Of a stretch of DNA of 64,000 nt, positions 1-15,000 are shown piece after piece. The position numbers were made by a program, and so were the translations under genes. Position 1 is the stretch's first letter, and every line of letters starts with the position of its first letter. The DNA comes from Chrysomallon squamiferum (Eukaryota; Animalia; Mollusca), in NCBI GenBank assembly GCA_012295275.1, contig CM022668.1:6324001-6388000 (forward strand), read 5' to 3'. The notes below the pieces were generated by a model that was not told where the DNA came from, made no database searches, and saw nothing but the letters and a program-made list of their open reading frames with translations.

Positions 1-3000
1 TTTATTTCTCTTTGGTCGATGTTTTGTGTATTTCTTTCTTCTGTGTACAAATTCAGCTGACATTCTTAGTATTTCATCTTCTCCTTTTCTTAAGCTGCTG
101 AGTGATATTTTAGGTGACATTTTTAAAACATAACTTTGTTGAGCTACTTGACAATTTAGGTGACATAGTAAATGCTTTTGCTCTCTTCTTTTTAACATCT
201 CGTGATATTTCAGTTGACATTAAAAAAAATCCTTTTTCTCTCAGTAATTTTCTATTTCCTTTTTCTTGTAATTTTCTATTTCCTTTTTCTTGTAATTTTT
301 GGGCATCTAACTCTTTTCTTTTTCTCAGTCTTCTATGTGATATTTTAGGTGACATGTCAACTATTCTCTCTTCTTTCATTTTTATTCTTCCACGTGGTAT
401 TTTTGTTGACGTAAATTATTCCTTCTTTCCTTTGTGATCTTATAACTGACATCTTGTATAATTTTTATTATATTGTTCTTCTTGGTATTTCAATCTATGG
501 GAGGAATTCTCAGGTAATATTTTAACATCTTTCTATTACTTTTTACAATCTTCTATGTGACATGTTTTCTGATTTCATGACATCTTATTTGTCTAAGTAT
601 TTCAATCTGTGGGAGGACTTCTCTGGTAATATTTTAACATCTTGTTCATCTCGATATTTCAATCTGTGGGCTTCTCTGGTAATATTGTAACATCTCTCTC
701 TACTCTTTTTTCTGATATTCTTTGTGACATATTTTATTATTTTTTATCATCTTGTTCGTCTTGTTATTTCAATCTGTGGGAGGACTTCTCTGGTAATGTT
801 TTAACATCTTGTTCATCTCGGTATTTCAATCTGTGGGAGGACTTCTCTGGTAATATTTTAACATCTCTCTCTACTCTTTTTGTGATTTCCTATGTGATAT
901 GTTTTTGATTTTATGACATCTTGTTCATCTTGGTATTTCAATCTGTGGTAGGACTTCTCTGGTAATATTGTAACATCTCTCTCTACTCTTTTTTCTGATA
1001 TTCTTTGTGACATATTTTATTATTTTTTATCATCTTGTTCGTCTTGTTATTTCAATCTGTGGGAGGACTTCTCTGGTAATGTTTTAACATCTTGTTCATC
1101 TCGGTATTTCAATCTGTGGGAGGACTTCTCTGGTAATATTTTAACATCTCTCTCTACTCTTTTTGTGATTTCCTATGTGATATGTTTTTTGATTTTATGA
1201 CATCTTGTTCATCTTGGTATTTCAATCTGTGGTAGGACTTCTCTAGTAATATTTTAATATCTTACTCATCTCAGTATTACAATCTGTGGGAGGACCTCTA
1301 GTAATATTTTAATATCTTACTCATCTCAGTATTTCAATCTGTGGGAGGACTTCTCAGGTAATATTTTAACATCTTGTTCATCTCGGTATTTCAATCTGTG
1401 GGACAACTTCTCCGGTAATATTTCAACATCTTGTTCATCTAGATATTTCAATCTGTGGGAGGATTCTTTAGTAATATTTTAATATCTTGTTCATCTCAGT
1501 ATTTCAATACCTGGGAGAACTTGTCTGGTAATATTTCAACATCTTGTTCATCAATACCTGGGAGGACTTGTCTGGTAATATTTTGACATCTTGCTCTACT
1601 CTTTTTTTGTGGTCTTCTTTTAGGCGTAATTTGTGATTTTATCACATCTTGATTTCTCTCATTATTTCAATCTGTGCTCTTCTCTGGAAATATTTCAACA
1701 TCTCTATCTACTGTTTTTTCTGATTTTCTATATGATAAGTTTTGTGATTTTATAACATCTTCTCTCAGTATTTCAAGGTAGTAGCAGTAATCTTGTGATA
1801 TTTTAATATCTTGTTCATCTCTGTATTTCAATCTGTGGGACAACTTCTCTGGTAATATTTTAACATCTCACTCTACTGTTTTTTGTGATTTCCTATATGA
1901 TATATTTTTTGATTTTATGACATCTAGTTCATCTTGGTATTTCAATCTGTGATAGGACTTCTCTGGTAATATTTTAATATCTTACTCATCTCAGTATTTC
2001 AATCTGTGGGAGGATTCTTTCGTAATGTTTTAATATCTTGTTCATCTCAGTATTTCAATATCTGTGAGGACTTCTCTGGTAATATTTTGACATCTCACTC
2101 TAATTTGTTTTTTCTGGTCTTCTTTTAAGTGTAATTTGTGATTTTATCACATCTTGTTTGTCTCATTATTTCAATCTGTGCTCTTCTCTGGTAATATTTC
2201 AACATCTCTATCTACTGTTTTTTCTGATTTCCTATGTGATAAGTTTTGTGATTTTATAAGAGCTTCTGTCAGTATTTCGAGTTAGTAGGAGTAATCTTGT
2301 AATATTTTAATATCTTGCTCATCTCAGTATTTCAATCTGTGGGAGGACTTCTCTTGTAATATTTTATGATCTTGTTAATCTCGGTATTTCAATCTGTGGG
2401 AGGACTTCTCTGGTAATATTTTAACATCTCGCTATACTCTTTTTTCTGACCTTTTTTTCCACATATTTTTTGATTTCATCACATCTTACTTATCTCAGTA
2501 TTTCAATCTGTGGGATTCTCTGGTAATATTTTAACACCTCTCTCTACTCTTTATTCTGATTTCCTATATGATATATTTTTTGATTTTATGACATCTTGTT
2601 TATCTCAGTATTTCAATCAGTGGTAGGACTTCTCCGGTAATATTTTAATATCTTACTCATCTCGGTATTTCAATCTGTGGGAGGATTCTTTAGTAATGTT
2701 TTAATATCTTGTTCATCTCAGTATTTCAATATCTGTGAGGACTTCTCTGGTAATATTTTGACATCTCACTCTAATTTGTTTTTTCTGGTCTTCTTTTAAG
2801 TGTAATTTGTGATTTTATCACATCTTGTTTGTCTCATTATTTCAATCTGTGCTCTTCTCTGGTAATATTTCAACATCTCTATCTACTGTTTTTTCTGATT
2901 TCCTATGTGATAAGTTTTGTGATTTTATAAGAGCTTCTGTCAGTATTTCGAGTTAGTAGGAGTAATCTTGTAATATTTTAATATCTTGTTCATCTCAGTA

Positions 3001-6000
3001 TTTCAATCTGTGGGAGGACTTCTCTTGTAATATCTTATGATCTTGTTAATCTCGGTATTTCAATCTGTGGGAGGACTTCTCTGGTAATATTTTAACATCT
3101 CGCTATACTCTTTTTTCTGATATTTTTTTTTTCCACATATTTTTGATTTCATCACATCTTACTTATCTCAGTATTTCAATCTGTGGGATTCTCTGGTAAT
3201 ATTTTAACATCTCTCTCTACTCTTTATTCTGATTTCCTATATGATATATTTTTTGATTTTATGACATCTTGTTTATCTCAGTATTTCAATCAGTGGTAGG
3301 ACTTCTCCGGTAATATTTTAATATCTTACTAATCTCGGTATTTCAATCTGTTGCAGGACTTGTCTACTAATATTTTATCATCTTGTTCATCTCGATATTT
3401 CAATCTGTGGGACGACTTCTCTGGTAATATTTTAACATCTCGCTCTACTCTTTTTTGTGATTTCCTATGGGATATAGTTTTTCATTTTATGACATTTTGT
3501 TCATATCGGCATTTCAATCTGTGGGAGGATTTCTCTGGTAATATTTTAAATTCTTGTTCATCTCAGTATTTCAATCTGTGGGAAGACTTCTCAGGTAATA
3601 TTTTAATATCTTCTTCATCTCGTATTTCAATCAATGGGAGGACTTCTCTGGTAATATTTTAACATCTCGCTATACTCTTTTTTCTGATTTCCTATATGAT
3701 ATATTTTTTATTTCATGACATCTTGTTCATCTCGGTATTTCAATCTGTGGTAGGACTTATCTGGTAATATTTTAACATCTCGCTATACTCTTTTTTCTGA
3801 TTTCCTATATGATATATTTTTTGATTTCATGACATCTTGTTCATCTTGGTATTTCAATCTGTGGTAGGACTTCTCTGGTAATATTTTAATATCTTCTTCA
3901 TCTCGGTATTTCAATGTCTGGGAGGACTTCTCTGATAATATTTTAAAGTCTTCTTCATCTCAGTATTTCAGTCTGTGGGAGGACTTTTCTGATAATATTT
4001 TAACATCTTTTTCATCTTGATAAATCAATCTGTGGGAGGACTTGTTTACTAATATTTAAATATCTTCTTCATCTCAGTATTTCAATCTGTGGGAGAACTT
4101 CTCGGGTAATATTTCAACATCTTGTTCATCTAGGTATTTCAATCTGTGGGAGGATTCTTTACTAATATTTTAATATCTTGTTCATCTCAGTATTTCAATA
4201 TCTGGGAGGATTTCTCTGGTAATATTTTGACATCTCACTCTAATTTTTTTTTTTGTGGTCTTCTTTTAGGCGTAATTTGTGATTTTATCACATCTTGTTT
4301 CTCTCATTATTTCAATCTGTGGTCTACTCTGGTAATATTTCAACATCTCTATTGTTTTTTCTGATTTCCTATGTGATACGTTTTGTGATTTTATAAGAGC
4401 TTCTGTCGGTATTTCAAGTTGGTAGGAGTAATCTTGTAATATTTTAATATCTTGTTCATCTCAGTAGTTCAATCTGTGGGAGGACTTCTCTGGTAATATT
4501 TTATCATCTTGTTAATCTCAGTATTTCAATCTGTTGGAGGACTTCTCTAGTAATATTTTAACATCTCACTATACTCTTTTTAGTGACCTTTTTTTCCACA
4601 TATTTTTTTATTTCATCACATCTTGTTTATCTAAGTATTTCAACCTGTGAGATTCTCTGGTAATATTTTGACATCTCTGTCTACTCTTTTTTCAGATTTC
4701 CTATATGATATATTTTGGGATTTTATGACAACTTCTTCATCTCGGCATTTCAATCTGTGGTAGGACTTCTCTGGTAATATTTTAATATCTTGTTTATCTC
4801 AGTATTTCAATCTGTGGTAGGAATTCTCGGGTAATATTTTAATATCTTCTTCATCTCTGTATTTCAATCTGTGAGACGACTTCTCTGATAATATTTTAAC
4901 ATCTTTTTCATCTTGATAAATCAATCTGTGGGAGGACTTGTTTACTAATATTTAAATATCTTCTTCATCTCAGTATTTCAATCTGTGGGAGAACTTCTCT
5001 GGTAATATTTTAACATCTTGTTCATCTCAGTAAATCAATCCGTGGGGGGACTTCTCTACTAAAATTTTAACATCTAGTTCATCTCGGTATTTCAATCTGT
5101 GTGAGCACTTTTCTGGTAATACTTTAACATCTTGTTCATCTCAGTAAATCAATCCGTGGGGGGACTTCTCTACCAAAATTTTAACATCTCGTTCATCTAC
5201 TGTTTTTTTTTATGTGATTTTTTTTTTCTCAGTATTTTGTGACTTTTTATGACATCTTGTTTATCTCGGTATTTCAATCTATGGGAGGACTTCTCTGTTA
5301 ATATTTTAACATCTTGTTAATCTCTTTTATTTCAATTTCCTATGAGGATCTTTTTTTTATTTTAACATCTTGTTCATCTCGGTATTTCAATCTGTGGGAG
5401 GACTTCTCTGGTAATATTTTAACATCTCTCAAAAATGTTTTCTGATTTCCTATATGATAATTTTTTTGATTTTATGACATCTTGTTCATCTCAGTATTTC
5501 AATCTGTGGCAGGAAGAACATTTTGTTCTTGTGGGTAGTATTTTCAATCTGTGGGAGGAATTCTCGGGTAATTTTAATATCTTCTTCATCTCTGTATTTT
5601 AACAATGTTTTCATCATCTTGATTTCAATCTGTGGGAGGACTTCTTTGGTAATATTTTAACATCTTGTTCATCTGCATATTTCAATCTGTGGGAGGACTT
5701 TTCTAGTAATATTTTAATATCTTCTTCATCTCGGTGTTTCCATCTGTGGGAGGACTTCTCTGGTAATATTTTAATATCTTGTTAATCTCAGTATTTCAAG
5801 TGCATGGGACGACTTCTCTGGTAATATTTTAAAATTTCGCTCTAGTTTTTTTTTGTGACTCTTATTCACACATTTTTGTTTTTATGATATCTTGTTTGGT
5901 CTTCTTAGTATTTCAATCTCTTGGAGGATTTCTCTGGAAATATTATAACATCTTGTTCATCTCAGTATTTCAATTGTTCATCTGGGTATCTTCTTCATTC

Positions 6001-9000
6001 GTATTTCAATCTGTGGGAGGACTTCTCTGGTAATATTTTGACAAATCTCTCTACTGTTTTTGTGATTTTGTATGTGATAAGTTTAATTTTTTTGATTTTA
6101 TGACATCTTGTTCATCTCAGTATTTCAATATGTGGTAGAACTTCTCCAGTAATATTTTTTTAACATCTTGTTCATCTGAGTATTTCAATCTGTGGGAGGA
6201 CTTATCTAATAACATTTTAACATCTTGTCCATCTCGTTATTTCAATCTGTGGGAGGACTTCTGTGGTAATATTTTAATATCTTCTTCATCTCAGTATTTC
6301 AATCCTTGGGAGGACTTCTCTGGTAATATTTTAACATCTTGTTCATCTCAGTATTTCAATCTGTGGGAGGACTTTTCTAGTAATATTTAAACATCTTTTC
6401 ATCTCAGTATTTCAATCTGTCTTTTTTCTGGTAATATTTTTGACATTTTGTAGGTATTTTTATGATAGCTTATTTTAATATCTTGTTCATCTCAGTATTT
6501 CAATCTCTGGGACTTCTCTGGTAATATTTTGACATCTCTCTCTAATTTTTTTTTTTTTTTGTGATTTCTTTTTATGTGATATGTTTTTGATTTTATGACA
6601 TTTTGTTCGTCTCATTATTTCAATCTGTGGCAGGACTTCTATTTGCTAATATTTTAACATCTTGTTCATCCTATGTGGTATTTCAATTTGTGGGAGGACT
6701 TTCAGGTAATATTTTAACATCTTTTTCATTTCAGTATTTCAATCTGTGGCATGAATTCTCTAGTAATATTTTATCATCTTGTTATTCTTCTTGGTATTTC
6801 AGTCTGAGAGAGGATTTCTCTTGTAATATTTTAACATCTTGTTCTTCTGGGTATCTTAATCTGTGGGAGGACCTTTTTTCCTAATATTTTAACAATGTGT
6901 TCATCTCAGTATTTCAATCTGTGGGAGAACTTCTCTAGTAATATTTTAACATCTTGCTCTACTTTTTTTTTGGCGTTTTTTAACATATATTTTTATTTGA
7001 TCACATCTTGTTTATCTCGTATTTCAATGTGGGAGGACTTCTTGGGTAATATTTTAACATCTTGTTTATCTCGGTATTTCAATCTGTGGGAGGACTTCTC
7101 TGGTATTATTTTAATATCTTGTTAATCTCAGTATTTCAATGCATGGGAGGACTTCTCTAGTAATATTTTAAAATTTGTTCTCTAGTCTCAATTTTTGTGA
7201 CTTTTTAGTCACATATTTTGTGTTTTTTATGATAGCTTGTTTATCTTAGTATTTCAATCTCTCGGCTTCTCTGGAAATATTATAACATCTCTCTCTACTC
7301 TTTCTTGTAATTTCCTATGTGATATGTTTTTTGATTTTATGACATTTTCTTCGTCTTGGTATTTCAATGTGTGCTAGGACTTCTCTGGTAATATTTTAAC
7401 ATCTTTTTTCATTTCAGTATTTCAATCTCTGGCATGAATTCTCTAGTAATATTTTAATATGTTATTCATCTCGATATATATCAGTCTGTGGGAGGATTTC
7501 TCTTGTAATATTTTAATATCTTGTTCTTCTGGGTATCTTAATCTGTGGGAGGACTTCTCTCCTAATATTTTAACATCTTGTTCATCTCAGTATTTCAATC
7601 TGTGGGAGAACTTCTCTAATAATATTTTAACATCTCTCAAATTCTTTTTTGTGATTTTTTTTTAACATATTTTTTATTTGATCACATCTTGTTTATCTCA
7701 ATATGTGGGAGGACTTTTGGGTAATATTTTTAACATCTTGTTTATCTTGGTATTTCAATCTGTGGGAGGACTTCTCTGGTAATATTTTAATATCTTGTTA
7801 ATCTCAGTATTTCAGTGCATGGGACGACTTCTCTAGTAATATTTTAAAATTTCGCTCTAGTCTTTTTGTGACTTTTAGTCACATATTTTGTGTTTTTATG
7901 ATAGCTTGTTTATCTTAGTATTTCAATCTCGGCTTCTCTGGAAATATTATAACATCTCTCTCTACTCTTTCTTGTGATTTCCTATGTGATATGTTTTTTG
8001 ATTTTATGACATTTTCTTCGTCTTGGTATTTCAATGTGTGCTAGGACTTCTCTAGTAATATTTTAACATTTTGTTCATCTGGGTATTTCTCTCTGTGGGA
8101 GGACTTCTCTTGTAATATTTTGACAAATCTCTCTACTGTTTTTGTGATTTCGTATGTGATAAGTTTCGTGATTTTATGACATCTCGTTCATCTCAGTATT
8201 TCAATATGTGGCAGAACTTTTCCAGTAATATTTTAACATCTTGTTCATCTGAGTATTTCAATCTGTGGGAGGACTTATCTAGTAACATTTTAACATCTTG
8301 TCCATCTCGTTACTTCAATCTGTGGTAGGACTTCTGTGGTAATATTTTAATATCTTGTTCATCTGAGTATTTCAATCTGTCAGAGGACTTTTCTAGTAAC
8401 ATTTTAACATCTGGCTCTAGTCTTTTTTGTGACCTTTTTTTTGACATTTTGTTTCTTTATGATAGCTTGTTCATCTCAGTATTTCAATCTCTGGACTTCT
8501 CTGGTAATATTTTATCTCTCTCTGCTCTTTTTTGTGATTTCCTATATGATATGTTTTTCGATTTTATGACATCTTGTTCGTCTCAGTGTTTCAATCTGTG
8601 GCAGGACTTCTCTGGTAATATTTTAACATCTTACTCATCTCGGTACTTCAATCTGTGGGAGGACTTCTCTGCTAATATTTTAACATCTTGTTCATCTCAG
8701 TATTTCAATGTGTGGGAGGACTTCTCAGGTAAAATTTTAACATCTTGTTCATCTCGGTATTTCAATCTGTGGGAGGACTTCTTTAGTAATATTTTAATAT
8801 CTTGTTCATCTCAGTATTTCAATCTCTGGCATGATTTCTTTAGTACTATTTTAATATGTTATTCATCTTGGTATTTCAATCTGTGGAAGGACTTCTCTTG
8901 TAATATTTTAATATCTTCTTCTTCTCAGTATTTCAATCCTTGGGAGGACTTCTCTGGTAATATTTTAAGATCTTGTTAATCTCAGTATTTCAATCTCTGG

Positions 9001-12000
9001 GAGGACTTCTCTGCTAATATTTTAACAACGTGTTCATTTCAGTATTTCAATCTCTGGCATGAATTCTGTTTTAATATTTTAATAAGTTATTCATCTCGGT
9101 ATTTTAATCTGTACGAGGATTCTCTTGTAATATTTTAATATCTTGTTCTGGGTATTTCAATCTGTGGGAGGACTTCTCTGATAATATTTTGACATCTCTC
9201 TATACTGTTTTTGTGATTTCCTATGTGATAAGTTTTGTGATTTTATGACACTTTTTTGTCTTTGTATTTCAATCTGTTGAAGAACTTCTCTGGTAATATT
9301 TTAACATGTCGTTCATCTGAGTATTTCAATCTGTGGGATGACTTCTCTGGTAATATTTTCACATCTCTCTCTACTGTTTTTGCGATTTCCTATGTGATAA
9401 GTTTCATGATTTTATGACATCTTGTTCGTCTCAGTATTTCAATATGTGGCAGGTCTTCTCCAGTAGTATTTCAACATCTTGTTCATCTCGGTATTTCAAT
9501 CTGTGGGAGGACTTATCTAGTAACATTTTGATATCTTCTTCATCTCAGTATTTCAATCTATGGGAGGACTTCTTTAGTAATATTTTGATATCTTGTTCAT
9601 CTCAGTATTTCAATCTCTGGCATGATTTCTTTAGTAATATTTTAATATGTTATTCATCTCGGTACTTCAATCTGTGGGAGGACTTCTATAGTAATATTTT
9701 AATATCTTCTTCATCTCAGTATTTCAATCCTTGGCAGGACTTCTCTGGTCATATTTTAACATCTTGTTCATCTGAGTATTTCAATCTGTGGGAGGACTTA
9801 TCTAGTAACATTTTAACATCTTGTCCATCTCGTTACTTCAATCTGTGGTAGGACTTCTCTGGTAATATTTTAATATCTTCTTCATCTCAGTATTTCAATC
9901 CTTGGCAGGACTTCTCTGGTAATATTTTAACATCTTGTTCATCTCAGTATTTCAATCTGTCGGAGGAGGACTTCTCTGTAATATTTTAATACCTTGTTAA
10001 TCTCTGTATTTCAATCTGTGGGAGGACTTCTCTGCTAATATTTTAACAACATGTTTATCTCGGTATTTGAACCTGTGGGAGGACTTCTCTGCTAATATTT
10101 TAACGTGTTCATCTCGGTATTTCAAGCTGTGGGATGACTTCTCTAGTAGTTTTTTAACATCTTTTTCATCTGGGTATTTCAATCTGTGGGAGGACTTCTC
10201 TCGTAATATTTTAATACCTTGTTAATCTCTGTATTTCAATCTGTGGGAGGACTTCTCTGGTAATATTTTAATATCTTCTTCATCTCAGTATTTCAATCCT
10301 TGGCAGGACTTCTCTGGTAATATTTTAACATCTTGTTCATCTCAGTATTTCAATCTGTCGGAGGACTTCTCTCGTAATATTTTAATACCTTGTTAATCTC
10401 TGTATTTCAATCTGTGGGAGGACTTCTCTGCTAATATTTTAACAATATGTTTATCTCGGTATTTGAATCTGTGGGAGGACTTCTCTGCTAATATTTTAAC
10501 AATGTGTTCATCTCGGTATTTCAATCTGTGGGAGGACTTCTCTCGTAATATTTTAATACCTTGTTAATCTCTGTATTTCAATCTGTGGGAGGACTTCTCT
10601 GGTAATATTTTGACATCTCTCTCTACTGTTTTTGTTATATTCTATGTGATAAGTTTTGTGATTTTATGACATCTTGTTCATCTCAGTATTTCAATCTGTG
10701 GCAGAAGAACATCTTGTTCTTCTGGGTATTTCAATCTGTGGGAGGACTTCTCTCCCAGTACTTTAACAATGTGTTCATCTCAGTATTTCAATCTGTGGCA
10801 GGACTTCTCCGGTAATATTTTAACATCTTGTTCATCTGCATATTTCAATCTGTCGGAGGACTTTTCTAGTAATATTTTAATATCTTCTTCATCTCGGTGT
10901 TTCCATCTGTGGGAGGACTTCTCTGGTAATATTTTAATAGCTTGTTAATCTCAGTATTTCAGTGCATGGGACGACTTCTCTAGTAATATTTTAAAATTTC
11001 GCTCTAGTCTTTTTTGTGACTCTTATTCACACATTTTGTGTTTTTATGATAGCTTGTTTATCTTAGTATTTCAATCTCTTGGCTTCTCTGGAAATATTAT
11101 AACATCTCTCTCTACTCTTTCTTGTTCATCTGGGTATTTCTCTCTGTGGGAGGACTTCTCTGGTAATATTTTGACAAATCTCTCTACTGTTTTTGTGATT
11201 TCGTATGTGATAAGTTTCGTGATTTTATGACATCTCGTTCATCTCAGTATTTCAATATGTGGCAGAACTTCTCCAGTAATATTTTAACATCTTGTTCATC
11301 TGAGTATTTCAATCTGTGGGAGGACTTATCTAATAACATTTTAACATCTTGTCCATCTCGTTACTTCAATCTGTGGTAGGACTTCTGTGGTAATATTTTA
11401 ATATCTTCTTCATCTCGGTATTTCAATCCTTGGGAGGACTTCTGTGGTAATATTTTAACATCTTGTTCATCTCAGTATTTCAATCTGTCAGAGGACTTTT
11501 CTAGTAATATTTTAACATCTGGCTCTAGTCTTTTCTCTGACCTTTTTTTGACATTTTGTTTGTTTATGATAGCTTGTTTCTCTCAGTATTTCAATCTCTG
11601 GACTTCTCTGGTAATATTTTATCTCTCTCTACTCTTTTTTTGTGATTTCCTATGTGATATGTTTTTTGATTTTATGACATTTTGTTCGTCTCATTATTTC
11701 AATCTGTGGCAGGACTTCTCTGCTAATATTTTAACATCTTGTTCATCTCGGTATTTCAATGTGTGGGAGGACTTCTCAGGTAATATTTTAACATCTTTTT
11801 CATTTCAGTATTTCAATCTGTGGCATGAATTCCCTAGTAATATTTTAATATGTTATTCTTCTTGGTATTTCAGTCTGAGAGAGGATTTCTCTTGTAATAT
11901 TTTAATATCTTGTTCTTCTGGGTATCTTAATCTGTGGGAGGACTTCTCTCCTAATATTTTAACAATGTGTTCATCTCAGTATTTCAATCTGTCGGAGAAC

Positions 12001-15000
12001 TTCTCTAGTAATATTTTAACATCTCGCTCTACTTTCTTTTCTGGCGTTTTTTTAACATATATTTTTATTTGATCACATCTTGTTTATCTCAATATGTGGG
12101 AGGACTTCTTGGGTAATATTTTAACATCTTGTTTATCTCGGTATTTCAATCTGTGGGAGGACTTCTCTGGTATTATTTTAATATCTTGTTAATCTCAGTA
12201 TTTCAATGCATGGGAGGACTTCTCTAGTAATATTTTAAAATTTCGCTCTAGTCTTTTTTGTGACTTTTAGTCACATATTTTGTGTTTTTATGATAGCTTG
12301 TTTATCTTAGTATTTCAATCTCTCGGCTTCTCTGGAAATATTATAACATCTCTCTCTACTCTTTCTTGTAATTTCCTATGTGATATGTTTTTTGATTTTA
12401 TGACATTTTCTTCGTCTTGGTATTTCAATGTGTGCTAGGACTTCTCAGGTAATATTTTAACATCTTTTTCATTTCAGTATTTCAATCTCTGGCATGAATT
12501 CCCTAGTAATATTTTAATATGTTATTCATCTCGATATATCAGTCTGTGCGAGGATTTCTCTTGTAATATTTTAATATCTTGTTCTTCTGGGTATCTTAAT
12601 CTGTGGGAGGACTTCTCTCCTAATATTTTAACAATGTGTTCATCTCAGTATTTCAATCTGTCGGAGAACTTCTCTAATAATATTTTAACATCTCGCTCTA
12701 CTCTTTTTTCTGGCGTTTTTTTAACATATATTTTTATTTGATCACATCTTGTTTATCTCAATATCTGGGAGGACTTCTTGGGTAATATTTTAACATCTTG
12801 TTTATCTTGGTATTTCAATCTGTGGGAGGACTTCTCTGGTAATATTTTAATATCTTGTTAATCTCAGTATTTCAGTGCATGGGACGACTTCTCTAGTAAT
12901 ATTTTAAAATTTCGCTCTAGTCTTTTTTGTGACTTTTAGTCACATATTTTGTGTTTTTATGATAGCTTGTTTATCTTAGTATTTCAATCTCTCGGCTTCT
13001 CTGGAAATATTATAACATCTCTCTCTACTCTTTCTTGTGATTTCCTATGTGATATGTTTTTTGATTTTATGACATTTTCTTCGTCTTGGTATTTCAATGT
13101 GTGCTAGGACTTCTCTAGTAATATTTTAACATTTTGTTCATCTGGGTATTTCTCTCTGTGGGAGGACTTCTCTTGTAATATTTTGACAAATCTCTCTACT
13201 GTTTTTGTGATTTCGTATGTGATAAGTTTCGTGATTTTATGACATCTCGTTCATCTCAGTATTTCAATATGTGGCAGAACTTTTCCAGTAATATTTTAAC
13301 ATCTTGTTCATCTGAGTATTTCAATCTGTGGGAGGACTTATCTAGTAACATTTTAACATCTTGTCCATCTCGTTACTTCAATCTGTGGTAGGACTTCTCT
13401 GCTAATATTTTAACAACGTGTTCATTTCAGTATTTCAATCTCTGGCATGAATTCTGTTTTAATATTTTAATAAGTTATTCATCTCGGTATTTTAATCTGT
13501 ATGAGGATTCTCTTGTAATATTTTAATATCTTGTTCTGGGTATTTCAATCTGTGGGAGGACTTCTCTGATAATATTTTGACATCTCTCTATACTGTTTTT
13601 GTGATTTCCTATGTGATAAGTTTTGTGATTTTATGACACTTTTTTGTCTTTGTATTTCAATCTGTTGAAGAACTTCTCTGGTAATATTTTAACATGTCGT
13701 TCATCTGAGTATTTCAATCTGTGGGATGACTTCTCTGGTAATATTTTCACATCTCTCTCTACTGTTTTTGCGATTTCCTATGTGATAAGTTTCATGATTT
13801 TATGACATCTTGTTCGTCTCAGTATTTCAATATGTGGCAGGTCTTCTCCAGTAGTATTTCAACATCTTGTTCATCTCAGTATTTCAATCTGTGGGAGGAC
13901 TTATCTAGTAACATTTTGATATCTTCTTCATCTCAGTATTTCAATCTATGGGAGGACTTCTTTAGTAATATTTTGATATCTTGTTCATCTCAGTATTTCA
14001 ATCTCTGGCATGATTTCTTTAGTAATATTTTAATATGTTATTCATCTCGGTACTTCAATCTGTGGGAGGACTTCTATAGTAATATTTTAATATCTTCTTC
14101 ATCTCAGTATTTCAATCCTTGGCAGGACTTCTCTGGTCATATTTTAACATCTTGTTCATCTGAGTATTTCAATCTGTGGGAGGACTTATCTAGTAACATT
14201 TTAACATCTTGTCCATCTCGTTACTTCAATCTGTGGTAGGACTTCTCTGGTAATATTTTAATATCTTCTTCATCTCAGTATTTCAATCCTTGGCAGGACT
14301 TCTCTGGTAATATTTTAACATCTTGTTCATCTCAGTATTTCAATCTGTCGGAGGACTTCTCTCGTAATATTTTAATACCTTGTTAATCTCTGTATTTCAA
14401 TCTGTGGGAGGACTTCTCTGCTAATATTTTAACAACATGTTTATCTCGGTATTTGAACCTGTGGGAGGACTTCTCTGCTAATATTTTAACGTGTTCATCT
14501 CGGTATTTCAAGCTGTGGGATGACTTCTCTAGTAGTTTTTTAACATCTTTTTCATCTGGGTATTTCAATCTGTGGGAGGACTTCTCTCGTAATATTTTAA
14601 TACCTTGTTAATCTCTGTATTTCAATCTGTGGGAGGACTTCTCTGGTAATATTTTAATATCTTCTTCATCTCAGTATTTCAATCCTTGGCAGGACTTCTC
14701 TGGTAATATTTTAACATCTTGTTCATCTCAGTATTTCAATCTGTCGGAGGACTTCTCTCGTAATATTTTAATACCTTGTTAATCTCTGTATTTCAATCTG
14801 TGGGAGGACTTCTCTGCTAATATTTTAACAATATGTTTATCTCGGTATTTGAATCTGTGGGAGGACTTCTCTGCTAATATTTTAACAATGTGTTCATCTC
14901 GGTATTTCAATCTGTGGGAGGACTTCTCTCGTAATATTTTAATACCTTGTTAATCTCTGTATTTCAATCTGTGGGAGGACTTCTCTGGTAATATTTTGAC

